In this document: piece by piece, positions 1 to 9,890 of the stretch | Numbering within the stretch: position 1 is the stretch's first letter | Layout of the letters: each line of letters starts with the position of its first letter | Source of the DNA: Candidatus Iainarchaeum sp. | GTDB taxonomy: Archaea > Iainarchaeota > Iainarchaeia > Iainarchaeales > DTGL01 | Direction: 5' to 3' | NCBI GenBank assembly: GCA_026413945.1 | Contig: JAOAJX010000006.1 | Location: 20,519-84,518, forward strand | Length of the DNA stretch: 64,000 nucleotides | Translations under genes and position numbers: made by a program | Notes under the pieces: model-generated | The model's database searches: none | Told to the model about the DNA's origin: nothing | The model's input: the letters and a program-made list of their open reading frames with translations, nothing else

Positions 1-1
1 A

Positions 2-3000
2 GACCGTGAGAAGCTCGAGAATCCAACCATAATAATACCAATAGATGCTAATAAAGGTGAAGCGGCAAAGGTGCCTGTTGCTGATGAAAAGTTTAACATT
101 TCTGAAGCAATACATCTCACAAATGACTGGATTTCAGGCCCTTATGCCTTTGGTCTTGTTCTTACAGATACGTTGCGTGTTGGTAGATGCAACAACCTTG
201 AAGATAAAAACATACCTTGCCCGGTGGTTGATAAGCAGCTAACTCTAAGAAATTCTGGTGAGGGCATAGTTAGCGACTTTAAACCTCTTACTGACATTCT
301 AGCCATTAAGGGCAAAAAGCCAGAAGATTTTACAGAAGAGGAATACAAGGAAATAAGGGAAAAACTTGGCCTGCCGGAAGATGCTCAAGATGAATTAGAG
401 ATGCGGATTGCTGCAAGCGATTTTAATGAAATAAATATTCAGGCTTATAAAAGAGCTCAAGGCAAGATGATACCTAACTCAATATTAACTTATACTTTCA
501 ATGCGTATGGGCAAACAACCTGTAATAGCTCAGACTGTACAATAACAATATACTCGCTTTTTGACAAGTACTATAACAATTGGTTTTCCATGGAGATGAC
601 ATTTTCCACTTTCGGGCCGACTCTTGTTGGCCAAGCAAGAAAGCTATTTCAACACCTCGGTGTAAGCAAAACATTTCTTTTTAGGCTATCAGAAACAGAA
701 CTTGCAGACAGATTAAGGCGGAGCCTTTACAATTCGGATGCACTTTTTGGGAGGCGTCTTAGGGCAAGAATGAAGATGCGCGCCCAACAATACCCTGAAG
801 TAGCAAAATTTACAAAAGAACTCACAGAAGGAAAAGGTTGGACTTCGGGTTATGAGCTTCTTACAAACCCATCAATACCGCGAACAGTCTCAAGTGACTG
901 GCTCGGCGCAGGCGGATGGATGAGCAAAATAGATGATCCTATTGTGAAGCGAGAGCTTTATAGGCAGGCAAAAGATATTGAAAAATTCACCAAAACACAA
1001 AGGGCTTTTTTAAGGGAGGCCAAGGAAAACTATCTCAAGGCTGCAAAGAGTGGCTTAGGCTCACCACAAGAAATGGCAGCCAGGGTTGAATATGGAAAGA
1101 CGATAAGTGAAGCAATGCTTGATTACACAGATACACTAAGTTTAGATGTACCGGGTTGGTTTTCAAAATATTCGCCAGTAGGCTTATATACACAGAACAT
1201 AAAAGGGGTAGGTGATGTATCACCTGCTTGGATTGCTGGTGATTCTGCGTATATGTATGATATGCTAAAAAAATATTCAATAGATGGTCACTTTGGTGGT
1301 GGTTGGCCCGGTAACGCATATCATACTGAAGGAAAAAACTTAGTGCTTTATAGGTTAGTTCCTGAAGAGGCTAAAATAAAAGATATAACATTCGACGAGT
1401 TACAAAAAGGTTGGTTTAAGTATGAAGGCTTCTTTGTCCAGACAGACTCTGGCGTATTGCTACCGGTAAATGAAACAAGCCTAAACACACTTAAAACCCA
1501 GATGACAGGAGCTAAGCCGCTATTCTCATTAAATGAGGTGAAAAAGAAACCAACTGGTAGGTTAACCCCAGAAGACTTCGCAACTAAACTTATGGAAACA
1601 AAAAATACTTTACAGTTAGAAATCTTTGCTCCGGAAAGTGCAGAAAAAATAACACAGATCCTACAAGCAAGGGGTTTCGAGCTAAGGCGTTATTCTAGCT
1701 TACTTGATAGGGCAATCGCTTATCAAGATAACTTTATACATAATTATATGAGGCCAGCTGGTGGACTTAAATGGACTGCCCTCTTTAACATGTATTGGGT
1801 TGGGAAGCGCGGCCTTAATCAGAAGTTTGCCTCAGCATATATGCTGCCAGATACATGGCGTGAGGTGCGTTGGCCTCTTGGCCAAGGTGAAATTTATGAT
1901 GATGCCTTTATTGACTTTTTCTCACACGAAGGATCTGATCAAGGAGATATGTTCAGGCGCCTTATGAGTTTAATGCCTTGGGAGTGGCTAATGCTAAATA
2001 CATTTGAGAAGTTCGAACCTGTAAAAAATATGTACGAACGCCTTACTGGGAGCAATGTAAGGACAAGTGTTGAAAATCTGGCTATATATGCAACAACGCC
2101 GCAGGATTGCACAAATTGTGGCATACTCATGCGCTCAGGCATGGATTATAGGTATTATTTCACAAACTTTTATTCTGGCAGAAAAATTGATTCATACATT
2201 CTTGAGGACGCTGTTTCAGAGAATGTAAAAAACTGGGGTTCAACGCTTATAATGTTCTCTCGCCACACAGATCTTGAAGGCAAAGAAAAGAATGTGAGTG
2301 GAAGCTCGAGGATAAGCCTGGAAGAAGCGGTAAAGAAGAAGAAAACATGCGCAGATGCTGTCGAAGAGGCAACAATGGGCATTTCAAAGTATATTGGAAT
2401 AGGCACATTATTTAAGCCACACACCATAGGTGGTGCCCTAGCTTTAACCGATTCTTTAGGCTATGCGCTCTTTGGATTTGGTGCCGTTTTCGGAACTTTG
2501 GCACAGCAGCTTGTAATAGCTCCAAAACTTCAGGATTGCGTTGATGTTGATGGCGGCTATTATACGCACATATTTGTGCCCGCTAAAAAAGAGGATAAAG
2601 GCAAGGCAGCAAGCCAGCTTTCTGCTGAAACCGCAATGAATAGCATCAGGTCATTTGTTGATTCCCTTACCTCTATGTTTAAATCAAATTCAAATTCATA
2701 TACAGCAAAAGCGGCAACAGAGCTTGATGAGAAAGTAAAAAAGTTCACAAGCGGGGCAAAACAAGACAACATTGTACAGGCAAATGTGCACCTTGAAGGC
2801 CCAACTACGGGAATACTCCAAGGTGAAGAGCTTTTTTCCTTTTGGTTTAAGGGCGAGTCAACACCAACAACATACAAAACAGAGGGACAAAAAGTGATTG
2901 CTTCAGATAATAACCGAGCAATCATTGTGGACTTCAAGAACGGAAGAATTCTCTTAGTGGATCAGAATGGCAACATTTTAGATGTTATAACTGAAAACGA

Positions 3001-4294
3001 TGTGCCTTCTCGCCTGATTTCTACAAACACAGATATACCTGCTGAAGAGATTCCAAAGCGCTATACGCTTGTAGGTTTGCCAGACTCAAATGACCCAATG
3101 TTTGAGATGAACATAGACTCTGAGCTTATTGTGCTCATCCCTGAAATTTCCGAATGCATATTGAAAGGCATAGAGTATCAAAGCGGCTTGGAATACAAAC
3201 AAGCAGACTTAAAGCGCCTTAATCTTACTGATGTCTTTGGAAAAGTGCTTGCAATCACTACAGACACGCACACGATAAAGGCAGTAGCGGAGCAAAAAAG
3301 GATTGTCGCTGAGGGAATGCCAAGAACAATGGTTGAAAGCCAAAATGCAAAAGCAATAGTTCTTGCAAACAGGGAAACAAAAATTAAAGATGGCAAAGAG
3401 GAGTATGTTGGCTTATTTGAGTCTGTGCAGTTTGAAAATGGTGTAATACTTTACAAGCCAGACACTCACGAGCTCATTATTTGGCTTAAAAGAAACAAGC
3501 AGGCAGAGCTCTCGGGTAATGATGTGGGTGGAATTAAGCTAAGCCCTGCGCAAGTTGTTGACCCTGAAACAAATTGCCCTGTGCCAGCAGTATCATTACA
3601 AGCAATTCCAAAGGAAACTGAAGGCATAGGCGCTTACCGTGTTGAGCAGTTCAATAAATCATTAGCTGCCTCTGGGCCTTTCAATGTATTGGAAACACCA
3701 ACAAGAAGATTTGTGTTCTTCGCAAAATACGAGCCAGATGGCAAATGCTCGGGCCTAGAATGCTGCAAGAATTACATAAGGGTTATAAACAAGGAAACTG
3801 GAGAAGTTTATGAGGCGCCCATTGAAACATTCCAGGTAAGACCTGATGGCATATACATAAAGGATGGAAAAGGTAACGAGCACAATATAAAGATCACCGC
3901 AGATGATGGAAAACCTATGCTTCAATATAATAACTATCCGCCGGAGCCACTTACAAGTGCACAAGGCCCAAACGGCTCATTTTGGTATGATCCAACTGCA
4001 AACAAATGGTATGCAGAAAATGCACAGCTTTTGCCATTGCTTGAAGCATTTAGGGCCGGAGCCTTGACTCAAGCTGGTGCAGGCGGAGTCGTAACAAAGG
4101 CAGGTGACAATATTTTGAATGTATCAGGCCTTGGCTCATCAGGTGGCTTCAATCTACCATCTTTGCCAGAAGACGTGGTTTTTCTAGTAGTTTACCTTTC
4201 TTTGTTACTTACTACAATAACCACAACACGTACCTTTTTAAGTAGAAATAGCAAAAAAAACTTCTCAATGCAAAAGCAAAAAGATTTTAAATAA
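2..4294 (+). CDS. Large hypothetical membrane/surface protein, 5'-truncated (>1430 aa), with C-terminal TM helix and basic tail
   Basis: The frame is open from base 2 (DREKLENPTIIIPIDANKGEAAKV...), so the true start lies upstream of the window, not at GTG 71. Internal Gly-rich hydrophobic segment (TIGGALALTDSLGYALFGFGAVFGTLAQQLV), Cys pairs, and C-terminus LPSLPE-hydrophobic helix-RNSKK...KQKDFK. Confidence 0.8.
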   Translation, partial: DREKLENPTIIIPIDANKGEAAKVPVADEKFNISEAIHLTNDWISGPYAFGLVLTDTLRVGRCNNLEDKNIPCPVVDKQLTLRNSGEGIVSDFKPLTDILAIKGKKPEDFTEEEYKEIREKLGLPEDAQDELEMRIAASDFNEINIQAYKRAQGKMIPNSILTYTFNAYGQTTCNSSDCTITIYSLFDKYYNNWFSMEMTFSTFGPTLVGQARKLFQHLGVSKTFLFRLSETELADRLRRSLYNSDALFGRRLRARMKMRAQQYPEVAKFTKELTEGKGWTSGYELLTNPSIPRTVSSDWLGAGGWMSKIDDPIVKRELYRQAKDIEKFTKTQRAFLREAKENYLKAAKSGLGSPQEMAARVEYGKTISEAMLDYTDTLSLDVPGWFSKYSPVGLYTQNIKGVGDVSPAWIAGDSAYMYDMLKKYSIDGHFGGGWPGNAYHTEGKNLVLYRLVPEEAKIKDITFDELQKGWFKYEGFFVQTDSGVLLPVNETSLNTLKTQMTGAKPLFSLNEVKKKPTGRLTPEDFATKLMETKNTLQLEIFAPESAEKITQILQARGFELRRYSSLLDRAIAYQDNFIHNYMRPAGGLKWTALFNMYWVGKRGLNQKFASAYMLPDTWREVRWPLGQGEIYDDAFIDFFSHEGSDQGDMFRRLMSLMPWEWLMLNTFEKFEPVKNMYERLTGSNVRTSVENLAIYATTPQDCTNCGILMRSGMDYRYYFTNFYSGRKIDSYILEDAVSENVKNWGSTLIMFSRHTDLEGKEKNVSGSSRISLEEAVKKKKTCADAVEEATMGISKYIGIGTLFKPHTIGGALALTDSLGYALFGFGAVFGTLAQQLVIAPKLQDCVDVDGGYYTHIFVPAKKEDKGKAASQLSAETAMNSIRSFVDSLTSMFKSNSNSYTAKAATELDEKVKKFTSGAKQDNIVQANVHLEGPTTGILQGEELFSFWFKGESTPTTYKTEGQKVIASDNNRAIIVDFKNGRILLVDQNGNILDVITENDVPSRLISTNTDIPAEEIPKRYTLVGLPDSNDPMFEMNIDSELIVLIPEISECILKGIEYQSGLEYKQADLKRLNLTDVFGKVLAITTDTHTIKAVAEQKRIVAEGMPRTMVESQNAKAIVLANRETKIKDGKEEYVGLFESVQFENGVILYKPDTHELIIWLKRNKQAELSGNDVGGIKLSPAQVVDPETNCPVPAVSLQAIPKETEGIGAYRVEQFNKSLAASGPFNVLETPTRRFVFFAKYEPDGKCSGLECCKNYIRVINKETGEVYEAPIETFQVRPDGIYIKDGKGNEHNIKITADDGKPMLQYNNYPPEPLTSAQGPNGSFWYDPTANKWYAENAQLLPLLEAFRAGALTQAGAGGVVTKAGDNILNVSGLGSSGGFNLPSLPEDVVFLVVYLSLLLTTITTTRTFLSRNSKKNFSMQKQKDFK

Positions 4295-4335
4295 TAAAAT
4301 GTTAAAATAATACACAAAACTTAAAAGGTGCTAAG

Positions 4336-5874
4336 ATGCCTAGCAAAGTTGCAGATAATATAGTACCACAGAATGTAAAGCATCAGGGGATATATGATCT
4401 CACTGAAGATGACTTAAAGAAGCTTGATGAGACACAAACTGAGCGCATAATGAAATCCCTTGGGCAAGCAAAAGAACCTTTGAGAAAAAATATGAAATAT
4501 ATTTTAGGTGTAATTGTTGCCATTTTTCTGATTTTTGTTGCCTATCTTATAAATGAGAATTTTCTTTTTGGCTCATACAGAGACCTTACAATTCAAGTGA
4601 AAGACCTTGAAAAACAAAGCATAAGCGAAAATATAGTCACTATAAAGGATATGTCGGGAAAGTCCGTCTTTGAAAAAAGCGGCGAAAGCACATACATTGC
4701 AAGAATACAAAAGGGCAAGTATGTTGTTTCTGTAAGTGCGACAAACTACAAGAAAGCGTCAAAGAATATTGAAATTGACAACTCAAAAACAATTGAAATA
4801 TATTTGGAAAAGGATAGTGGTGTCAAGATAGACTCAATATCGTTCCCTACAACGCTTTATATTGGACAGAATTTTATTTTAGATATCAAATTGAAAAATT
4901 ATACAGTAACGAACGAAACTTTATTGCTTTCATTTGGAAATGACTTAAATCTCTTCAACTGCCGTTTGGCTGAAATAATGGTGCCTGCAAACACTACACA
5001 AGATATATCTGTTCTGTGCGAGATTCCAGAAAACATTAAGTTAAAGTATGACTGCGAACAAAAAAAGGCAAAAGTTGGAATAAAATATACTAATGAAACC
5101 GCTGAAAAGCAATTTAGTCTTTGTATAAAGCCAACAATCTCTATGAGTGAAATTAGTTTCACAATAGATCCGGTAACAAAACCAAACGAAAGGAAAGATA
5201 TAGGCATAAAAAACCAAAGCCCGTTTCATGTAAAGGACCTTACTCTTGGCATAGAAATAACTTCTTCGAAAGAGAATAAAGTTGAAGATATTCTTAAGTG
5301 GTTCGCATTTGGAAATGTTATAACAGATCCGAGAAACAAGAGAACAATTATTGAGATACAACCAAAGTCAACCATAAATGAGCCATTGGAAGTAAGCGTA
5401 CCTCTCACGGCAAAAGCTGAAACAATATATGGGAATATTGTATTAGATGCTCCTTACCTTAAGGAGCCTGTTAAGTCAAAGCTTACGCTTGCAATAAAGC
5501 GTACTCCACGTTTAGCATTTAAAGCAAACCTAACGGTTTCAAGGACAGTAATAGTTTACAGAAATGACCTTCCCACAGAGATAACAGTTAAAGTACAAAT
5601 AACTAATAGTGGAGACTTGCCAATAAAAAATATAGATATTAAAGTTGATAACCCGCAAGAATGCACAACACAATGGCTTAGGCCTCTTGATGTGCTTTCG
5701 CTTGACTCTGTTGAGCCACAAAAAGTTGGCTATATAACACTCATAGCTTCAGCGCCAGCAGATGCTACAAAAAACACAACGAAAAGATGTATAATAAGCA
5801 TGACCTACGAAGACACCATTAAAGGTACAATAGAAACAGAAAATGTGGGGGTCGTTGAAGTAGTAAAAGGATAA
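4336..5874 (+). CDS. Membrane-anchored protein with carboxypeptidase-regulatory/PEGA-like and CARDB/Ig-like beta domains
   Basis: TM helix (YILGVIVAIFLIFVAYLI) followed by DLTIQVKD...GKYVVSVSATNYKKAS and ITVKVQITNSGDLPIKNI patterns. SD-like AAGGTG upstream. Confidence 0.7.
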   Translation: MPSKVADNIVPQNVKHQGIYDLTEDDLKKLDETQTERIMKSLGQAKEPLRKNMKYILGVIVAIFLIFVAYLINENFLFGSYRDLTIQVKDLEKQSISENIVTIKDMSGKSVFEKSGESTYIARIQKGKYVVSVSATNYKKASKNIEIDNSKTIEIYLEKDSGVKIDSISFPTTLYIGQNFILDIKLKNYTVTNETLLLSFGNDLNLFNCRLAEIMVPANTTQDISVLCEIPENIKLKYDCEQKKAKVGIKYTNETAEKQFSLCIKPTISMSEISFTIDPVTKPNERKDIGIKNQSPFHVKDLTLGIEITSSKENKVEDILKWFAFGNVITDPRNKRTIIEIQPKSTINEPLEVSVPLTAKAETIYGNIVLDAPYLKEPVKSKLTLAIKRTPRLAFKANLTVSRTVIVYRNDLPTEITVKVQITNSGDLPIKNIDIKVDNPQECTTQWLRPLDVLSLDSVEPQKVGYITLIASAPADATKNTTKRCIISMTYEDTIKGTIETENVGVVEVVKG

Positions 5875-5898
5875 TTCTTTTTTGTTGAGGGTGGTTTT

Positions 5899-6651
5899 TT
5901 GATAAGTATTGTGGAAAAGCAAGAAACAGACTTTAGTGGTTACACGTTAATAGAAGGATTCCCAGGTTTGGGGCTTATTGGAACAATAACCGCAAATTAC
6001 TTAGTGGAAAAGTTATCTTTTGAGAAATATGCACATATAGAAGCAGATTTCTTCCTGCCAGTTGTTAGGGTCCATAAAGGTTGGCCTAGGCATCCATCAA
6101 TGATTTATGTTAATCATGAGCTTAAGCTACTTGTTGTATATTCGGAACAGATAATACCAAAAACATCAGTTTTTGAGGTTGCCAAAGCAATTGCTGATTG
6201 GGCAAAAAAAAGGAACATAGCAAGAGTTATATCTTTGGAGGGCATATACACTCAAAACACTGAGCAGAACAATTCAGAGGCTAATGATGTTTATGGGATA
6301 GCTTGCAATGAAAAAGCAAAAGAGGAGCTCCTTAAGCATAGTGTAAAGCTAGTCGAAGAAGGAATAACTAGCGGTGTAAGTTCAATTCTTATGCTTGAAC
6401 TCACAAAAAGCAATGACATTATAAGCTATTGCCTTCTTGGCAAAGTATCTGTCATAGAAGACTACCATTCGGCAGCAATATGCTTAAATAAGCTCGCTCA
6501 GATTCTTGGGATTAAAATTGACACGCAACCACTTTTAAAGGAGGCAAAGCGCATGGAAGCCACACTCTCAAAACACATCAGAGATATGAAGAAAGTGCAG
6601 GACAGTGTGCAGAGATTTGAAGAAAGCGGCAACCCAATGATGTATACTTAA
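5899..6651 (+). CDS. PAC2-family proteasome assembly chaperone (PbaA/PbaB-like)
   Basis: LIEGFPGLGLIGTITANYLVEKL N-terminal motif, VISLEG, GITSGVSSILM, LGIKIDTQPLLKEAKRME, and C-terminal MYT (HbYX). TTG start after GAGGGTGG. Confidence 0.9.
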   Translation: MISIVEKQETDFSGYTLIEGFPGLGLIGTITANYLVEKLSFEKYAHIEADFFLPVVRVHKGWPRHPSMIYVNHELKLLVVYSEQIIPKTSVFEVAKAIADWAKKRNIARVISLEGIYTQNTEQNNSEANDVYGIACNEKAKEELLKHSVKLVEEGITSGVSSILMLELTKSNDIISYCLLGKVSVIEDYHSAAICLNKLAQILGIKIDTQPLLKEAKRMEATLSKHIRDMKKVQDSVQRFEESGNPMMYT

Positions 6652-6672
6652 ATTTTTAAAGTTTCTTTTAGT

Positions 6673-7209
6673 TTAGCCAGAGTAGAGATAATAAAGCACT
6701 CCAACTAAAATTGGCTCCATGAAAAAAAGGAACAGGGCGAAAAATATTAATGTGCTAATATAAGTTGAAATAAAAAGTGCAACTTTTTTATTGAATTTCT
6801 TTCCTTCCAAAGCTCTTGCGATAAAGCTAGCCATAAAAACGAATGGCATGGAAAGTAGTGCGAAAAAAATAGATGTGATGAAAACTTTAAACATTGAGTT
6901 AGTCGCAGATAAAAATTTCTCGGAGAGTTCTGGCCTTAGCTCAGCTGGAATTTCACCTAGCTGCTCGCGTGGCAAAGAGATTATATAAGGAAAAATATAG
7001 GCCAAAGAAACAGCAATAAGCGAGAACAAAAAGGCAACTAGAAGGGCGCTTTGAAACCATGAAATCCTTAATCGCTTCTGGAGTTTAACCTGAATGTATT
7101 TGCCAAAAATAGCCAATAAAAAGAACAAAATTGCGAATGGCAAACTACCCTTTAGCAGATCTAATATAGATAAAAGCAGTGCTAAGATATTATCAAAAAA
7201 TCCCGACAT
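6673..7209 (-). CDS. Hypothetical integral membrane protein (about 4-5 TM)
   Basis: 178 aa with several hydrophobic helices; fills the gap between neighbouring genes. Confidence 0.75.
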   Translation of the reverse strand: MSGFFDNILALLLSILDLLKGSLPFAILFFLLAIFGKYIQVKLQKRLRISWFQSALLVAFLFSLIAVSLAYIFPYIISLPREQLGEIPAELRPELSEKFLSATNSMFKVFITSIFFALLSMPFVFMASFIARALEGKKFNKKVALFISTYISTLIFFALFLFFMEPILVGVLYYLYSG

Positions 7210-7268
7210 TTGATTAATTAAAACAAAAACATATATAAATAGGTTTTGCTTTTATATTAAAGGGTAGG

Positions 7269-7949
7269 ATGGACAAAACAGAATTTACAACATACCATGT
7301 TATTCAACATATAGACTTAAGCTCAATCCCGAGAAGAAAAAGAAGGTTTTTTAGAAATAAAAATCGCATAATAACTGCAGTATCTAAGCATATAGCCAAC
7401 ATGCCTGATGTAAGGGAAGCCGAAAAACAGCGCATAATACAAGAGCTTAGGGAAAAGCTTGAACACCTTGCAAAAGAGGAACTTATTCTTCTTTCAGAGA
7501 GAATATTTGATCAGATGAGCAAAGAAGAAGCAGAAAAGATTGTCGAAAAGAGCATAAGGGAGAAAAGAAAGGGCACTGAGCAGCTTACGAAAGCAGATAT
7601 AGAGGAAATAGTCAACAGCATATATGAGCATATAAAAGAATCTAAACGCAACGAGGTTATTGAAAAACAAAAAGAAGAAACAAATAAGGAAAAAGAATTG
7701 AAGAAAGTAAAAGAGCGCTTATCTTCGCTGAAAAAAGAGCCTGAAAAAGAAGTGATGCAACCAAAGCAACGAATTCAGGAAAGCAAGAATATACCTAGCG
7801 ATGATGAAATATTGGCTGAACTTAAAAAAAGTTCTTTTGATGACGAGCTAAGTGAAAGTGATCTCTCATTAGGTGATAAAGAAAAGGATGAATCATTGTT
7901 CAGGGAGCTTGAGGAACTTACAAGTGAAGAGAAGAAGAAGAAAAAGTAA
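7269..7949 (+). CDS. Hypothetical highly charged, helical cytoplasmic protein
   Basis: 226 aa, E/K-rich, with an acidic region followed by a poly-Lys tail. Confidence 0.7.
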   Translation: MDKTEFTTYHVIQHIDLSSIPRRKRRFFRNKNRIITAVSKHIANMPDVREAEKQRIIQELREKLEHLAKEELILLSERIFDQMSKEEAEKIVEKSIREKRKGTEQLTKADIEEIVNSIYEHIKESKRNEVIEKQKEETNKEKELKKVKERLSSLKKEPEKEVMQPKQRIQESKNIPSDDEILAELKKSSFDDELSESDLSLGDKEKDESLFRELEELTSEEKKKKK

Positions 7950-7952
7950 TTG

Positions 7953-8711
7953 TTAAATATCATTTATTCTTGTACAATTAAGGCTGTTTGGACCTATTAA
8001 GCTCTCATTTTCTACTCCAGGTAGCATTCCTGCTGAATGCCACATTATAAGGCCGGTGAATATGACTACGCTCTTACTTTCTCTACCGCTGTAAGAAGGA
8101 ACAAAGCGCTTGAAAAGAAGCGTAATAACCCTTGTGCTTGTGGAATTTGGTGCATGTTTGAGAACAAGGTTTAAGGCGCGATTAAGCTTTAATTTTGGCT
8201 CGCAAAAGTATTCCAAGCGCTCTACGTTTTGTGGCCCCTTTATATCGTTTATTTTCATATAGACAAAAACAAAGCGATCTGTTTGATTTCCAGTTGGATT
8301 TCCTGTTGGTTCAGGTGCATAATCTGCTGGGGTCCAAAAATATAAGATATAGTCATAGTTTACTGCTCTCGGGGACATTATTTTGTCAAGGACCCTCTTT
8401 GCAAGAATTTTTGTATCATTTGCTATTGTTCCTGTGTTTGCATAATCCTCTTTCATCTTTGTGAGAAGCCAATCAACCTCATCTGCTGTTTCTAACTCGT
8501 CTGATGTGAAACGCGGTATGCTTGAATTAAGCATTGCACGCAATGCAGAAGATGCATAATCTTCATTGAAGTACTTATGAATGTTTATTTCAACGCCACG
8601 GCCGTACGAAAACGAAATATAAGCCATTCCAGCAGCAAGTGTCGCAACAATTACTAGCATAAAAAGTGCATCTGTTATTGAAGCCTGTGCCTTTTCACAT
8701 TTCATTCCCAT
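7953..8711 (-). CDS. Pilin-like protein with class III signal peptide
   Basis: MKCEKA|QASITDALFMLVIVATLAAG: basic leader, A|Q cleavage site and hydrophobic helix. Last gene of a tightly packed minus-strand operon. Confidence 0.75.
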   Translation of the reverse strand: MGMKCEKAQASITDALFMLVIVATLAAGMAYISFSYGRGVEINIHKYFNEDYASSALRAMLNSSIPRFTSDELETADEVDWLLTKMKEDYANTGTIANDTKILAKRVLDKIMSPRAVNYDYILYFWTPADYAPEPTGNPTGNQTDRFVFVYMKINDIKGPQNVERLEYFCEPKLKLNRALNLVLKHAPNSTSTRVITLLFKRFVPSYSGRESKSVVIFTGLIMWHSAGMLPGVENESLIGPNSLNCTRINDI

Positions 8712-9205
8712 ACCACCACTACCAAAAGCATTGGTTTTGTTATTGGTTTTCTCAGCGCACTATTATCTTTATAAGATACAGGCACCATGTGGACTATAAC
8801 ACGGCTGTTTAGCTTAAGCTTTTGTTCTATCTCAAGTGGGCAAGAAAAAAAGTTACCGTCTTGTGAAAATATTCTTTTACCTTCGTTCACGAAAGCATAT
8901 ATATCTATGTGCTCAAATGGTTGATTAAGGTCTACAATACCAGCCCTAAAATTATAGCCACGAGGATTAAGGCCATAGCAGATACTCTCAAATTCAGCAT
9001 AATCATCTATTTCACGATCACTCTTAAGAAAGCTGGCAATGCTCATTGCATTAGAAGTTAAGCTAAAATTGGCAGATGTTTGCCTGTATATTGTATGGGC
9101 GCTATAGAAAGATGCAAAGAAAATAAGCAATGCAAATATCAGTGGAACCAGGCTTGGTAGGTCATCACCAATTGGACCAATATAGCCAGCAGCTCTTTTA
9201 AACAA
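8702..9205 (-). CDS. Pilin-like protein (class III-type leader)
   Basis: MFKRAAG|YIGPIGDDLPSLVPLIFALLIFF, then a Cys-containing globular part ending LLVVVVWE. Overlaps the next gene. Confidence 0.65.
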   Translation of the reverse strand: MFKRAAGYIGPIGDDLPSLVPLIFALLIFFASFYSAHTIYRQTSANFSLTSNAMSIASFLKSDREIDDYAEFESICYGLNPRGYNFRAGIVDLNQPFEHIDIYAFVNEGKRIFSQDGNFFSCPLEIEQKLKLNSRVIVHMVPVSYKDNSALRKPITKPMLLVVVVWE

Positions 9206-9886
9206 TTAAACCCCCCAGCATGTTGGAGCATCCCTGCTTATGCAGTCAGCAATGTTAACATTGAAGCAGTTGCTCAAATCTTTTCTTTTCCTGTACAAGT
9301 AGCAGCCGACTAACTGTTTGTTTTGCTCGCAAATGCCTTTGGCAGTAGTTGAACACGGTATCAGATAAAGATATGGTTTGCCCTTATAAATCTCATGAAC
9401 CACAGTAAGTTGATCCATCGTTATTGGTGCAGATCTAACATCAAGCACTGTTCTTTCTGTAGGACACAAAAGCGCTTCCTTTTGGTCATATGAAAATATT
9501 TGTATATCTGAGTTTAGGTCAAGCTGCGAAGAGCTCACTACTGTTGGATTACCACGCTTCTTTAGGTAATCGTTGCGTTCAATAATTGCAATTATAAGGT
9601 GCTGTTTGCCTGAAGTTAAAGATGTCTCTTTTCTCAATTCTACTACATAATAAAAGTCCATAAGGTTGTAAAAAGAGTACTTCCGTCTAAAAGCAATCTC
9701 TTGTGAATCGCAAAGGGCTTTTTGGCTCACCACACGAGAGATTGTTTCGGCAGAGCTGCTTGCAATATTTTTAGAGATGTCATAAAGCAACGTTGACCTA
9801 AATGAAAACGCAAATCCAACAATTATTGCAAATAAGGCAATTGCAAGTATTAAAAGATTGATTTTGCTCAGCGTAAATTCCATCAT
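9206..9886 (-). CDS. Pilin-like/minor pilin protein without an obvious cleavable leader
   Basis: N-terminal hydrophobic helix MEFTLSKINLLILAIALFAIIVGF, Cys-rich C-terminus, inside the pilin operon. An in-frame TAG a few codons upstream rules out a longer leader. Confidence 0.6.
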   Translation of the reverse strand: MMEFTLSKINLLILAIALFAIIVGFAFSFRSTLLYDISKNIASSSAETISRVVSQKALCDSQEIAFRRKYSFYNLMDFYYVVELRKETSLTSGKQHLIIAIIERNDYLKKRGNPTVVSSSQLDLNSDIQIFSYDQKEALLCPTERTVLDVRSAPITMDQLTVVHEIYKGKPYLYLIPCSTTAKGICEQNKQLVGCYLYRKRKDLSNCFNVNIADCISRDAPTCWGV

Positions 9887-9890
9887 AAAA

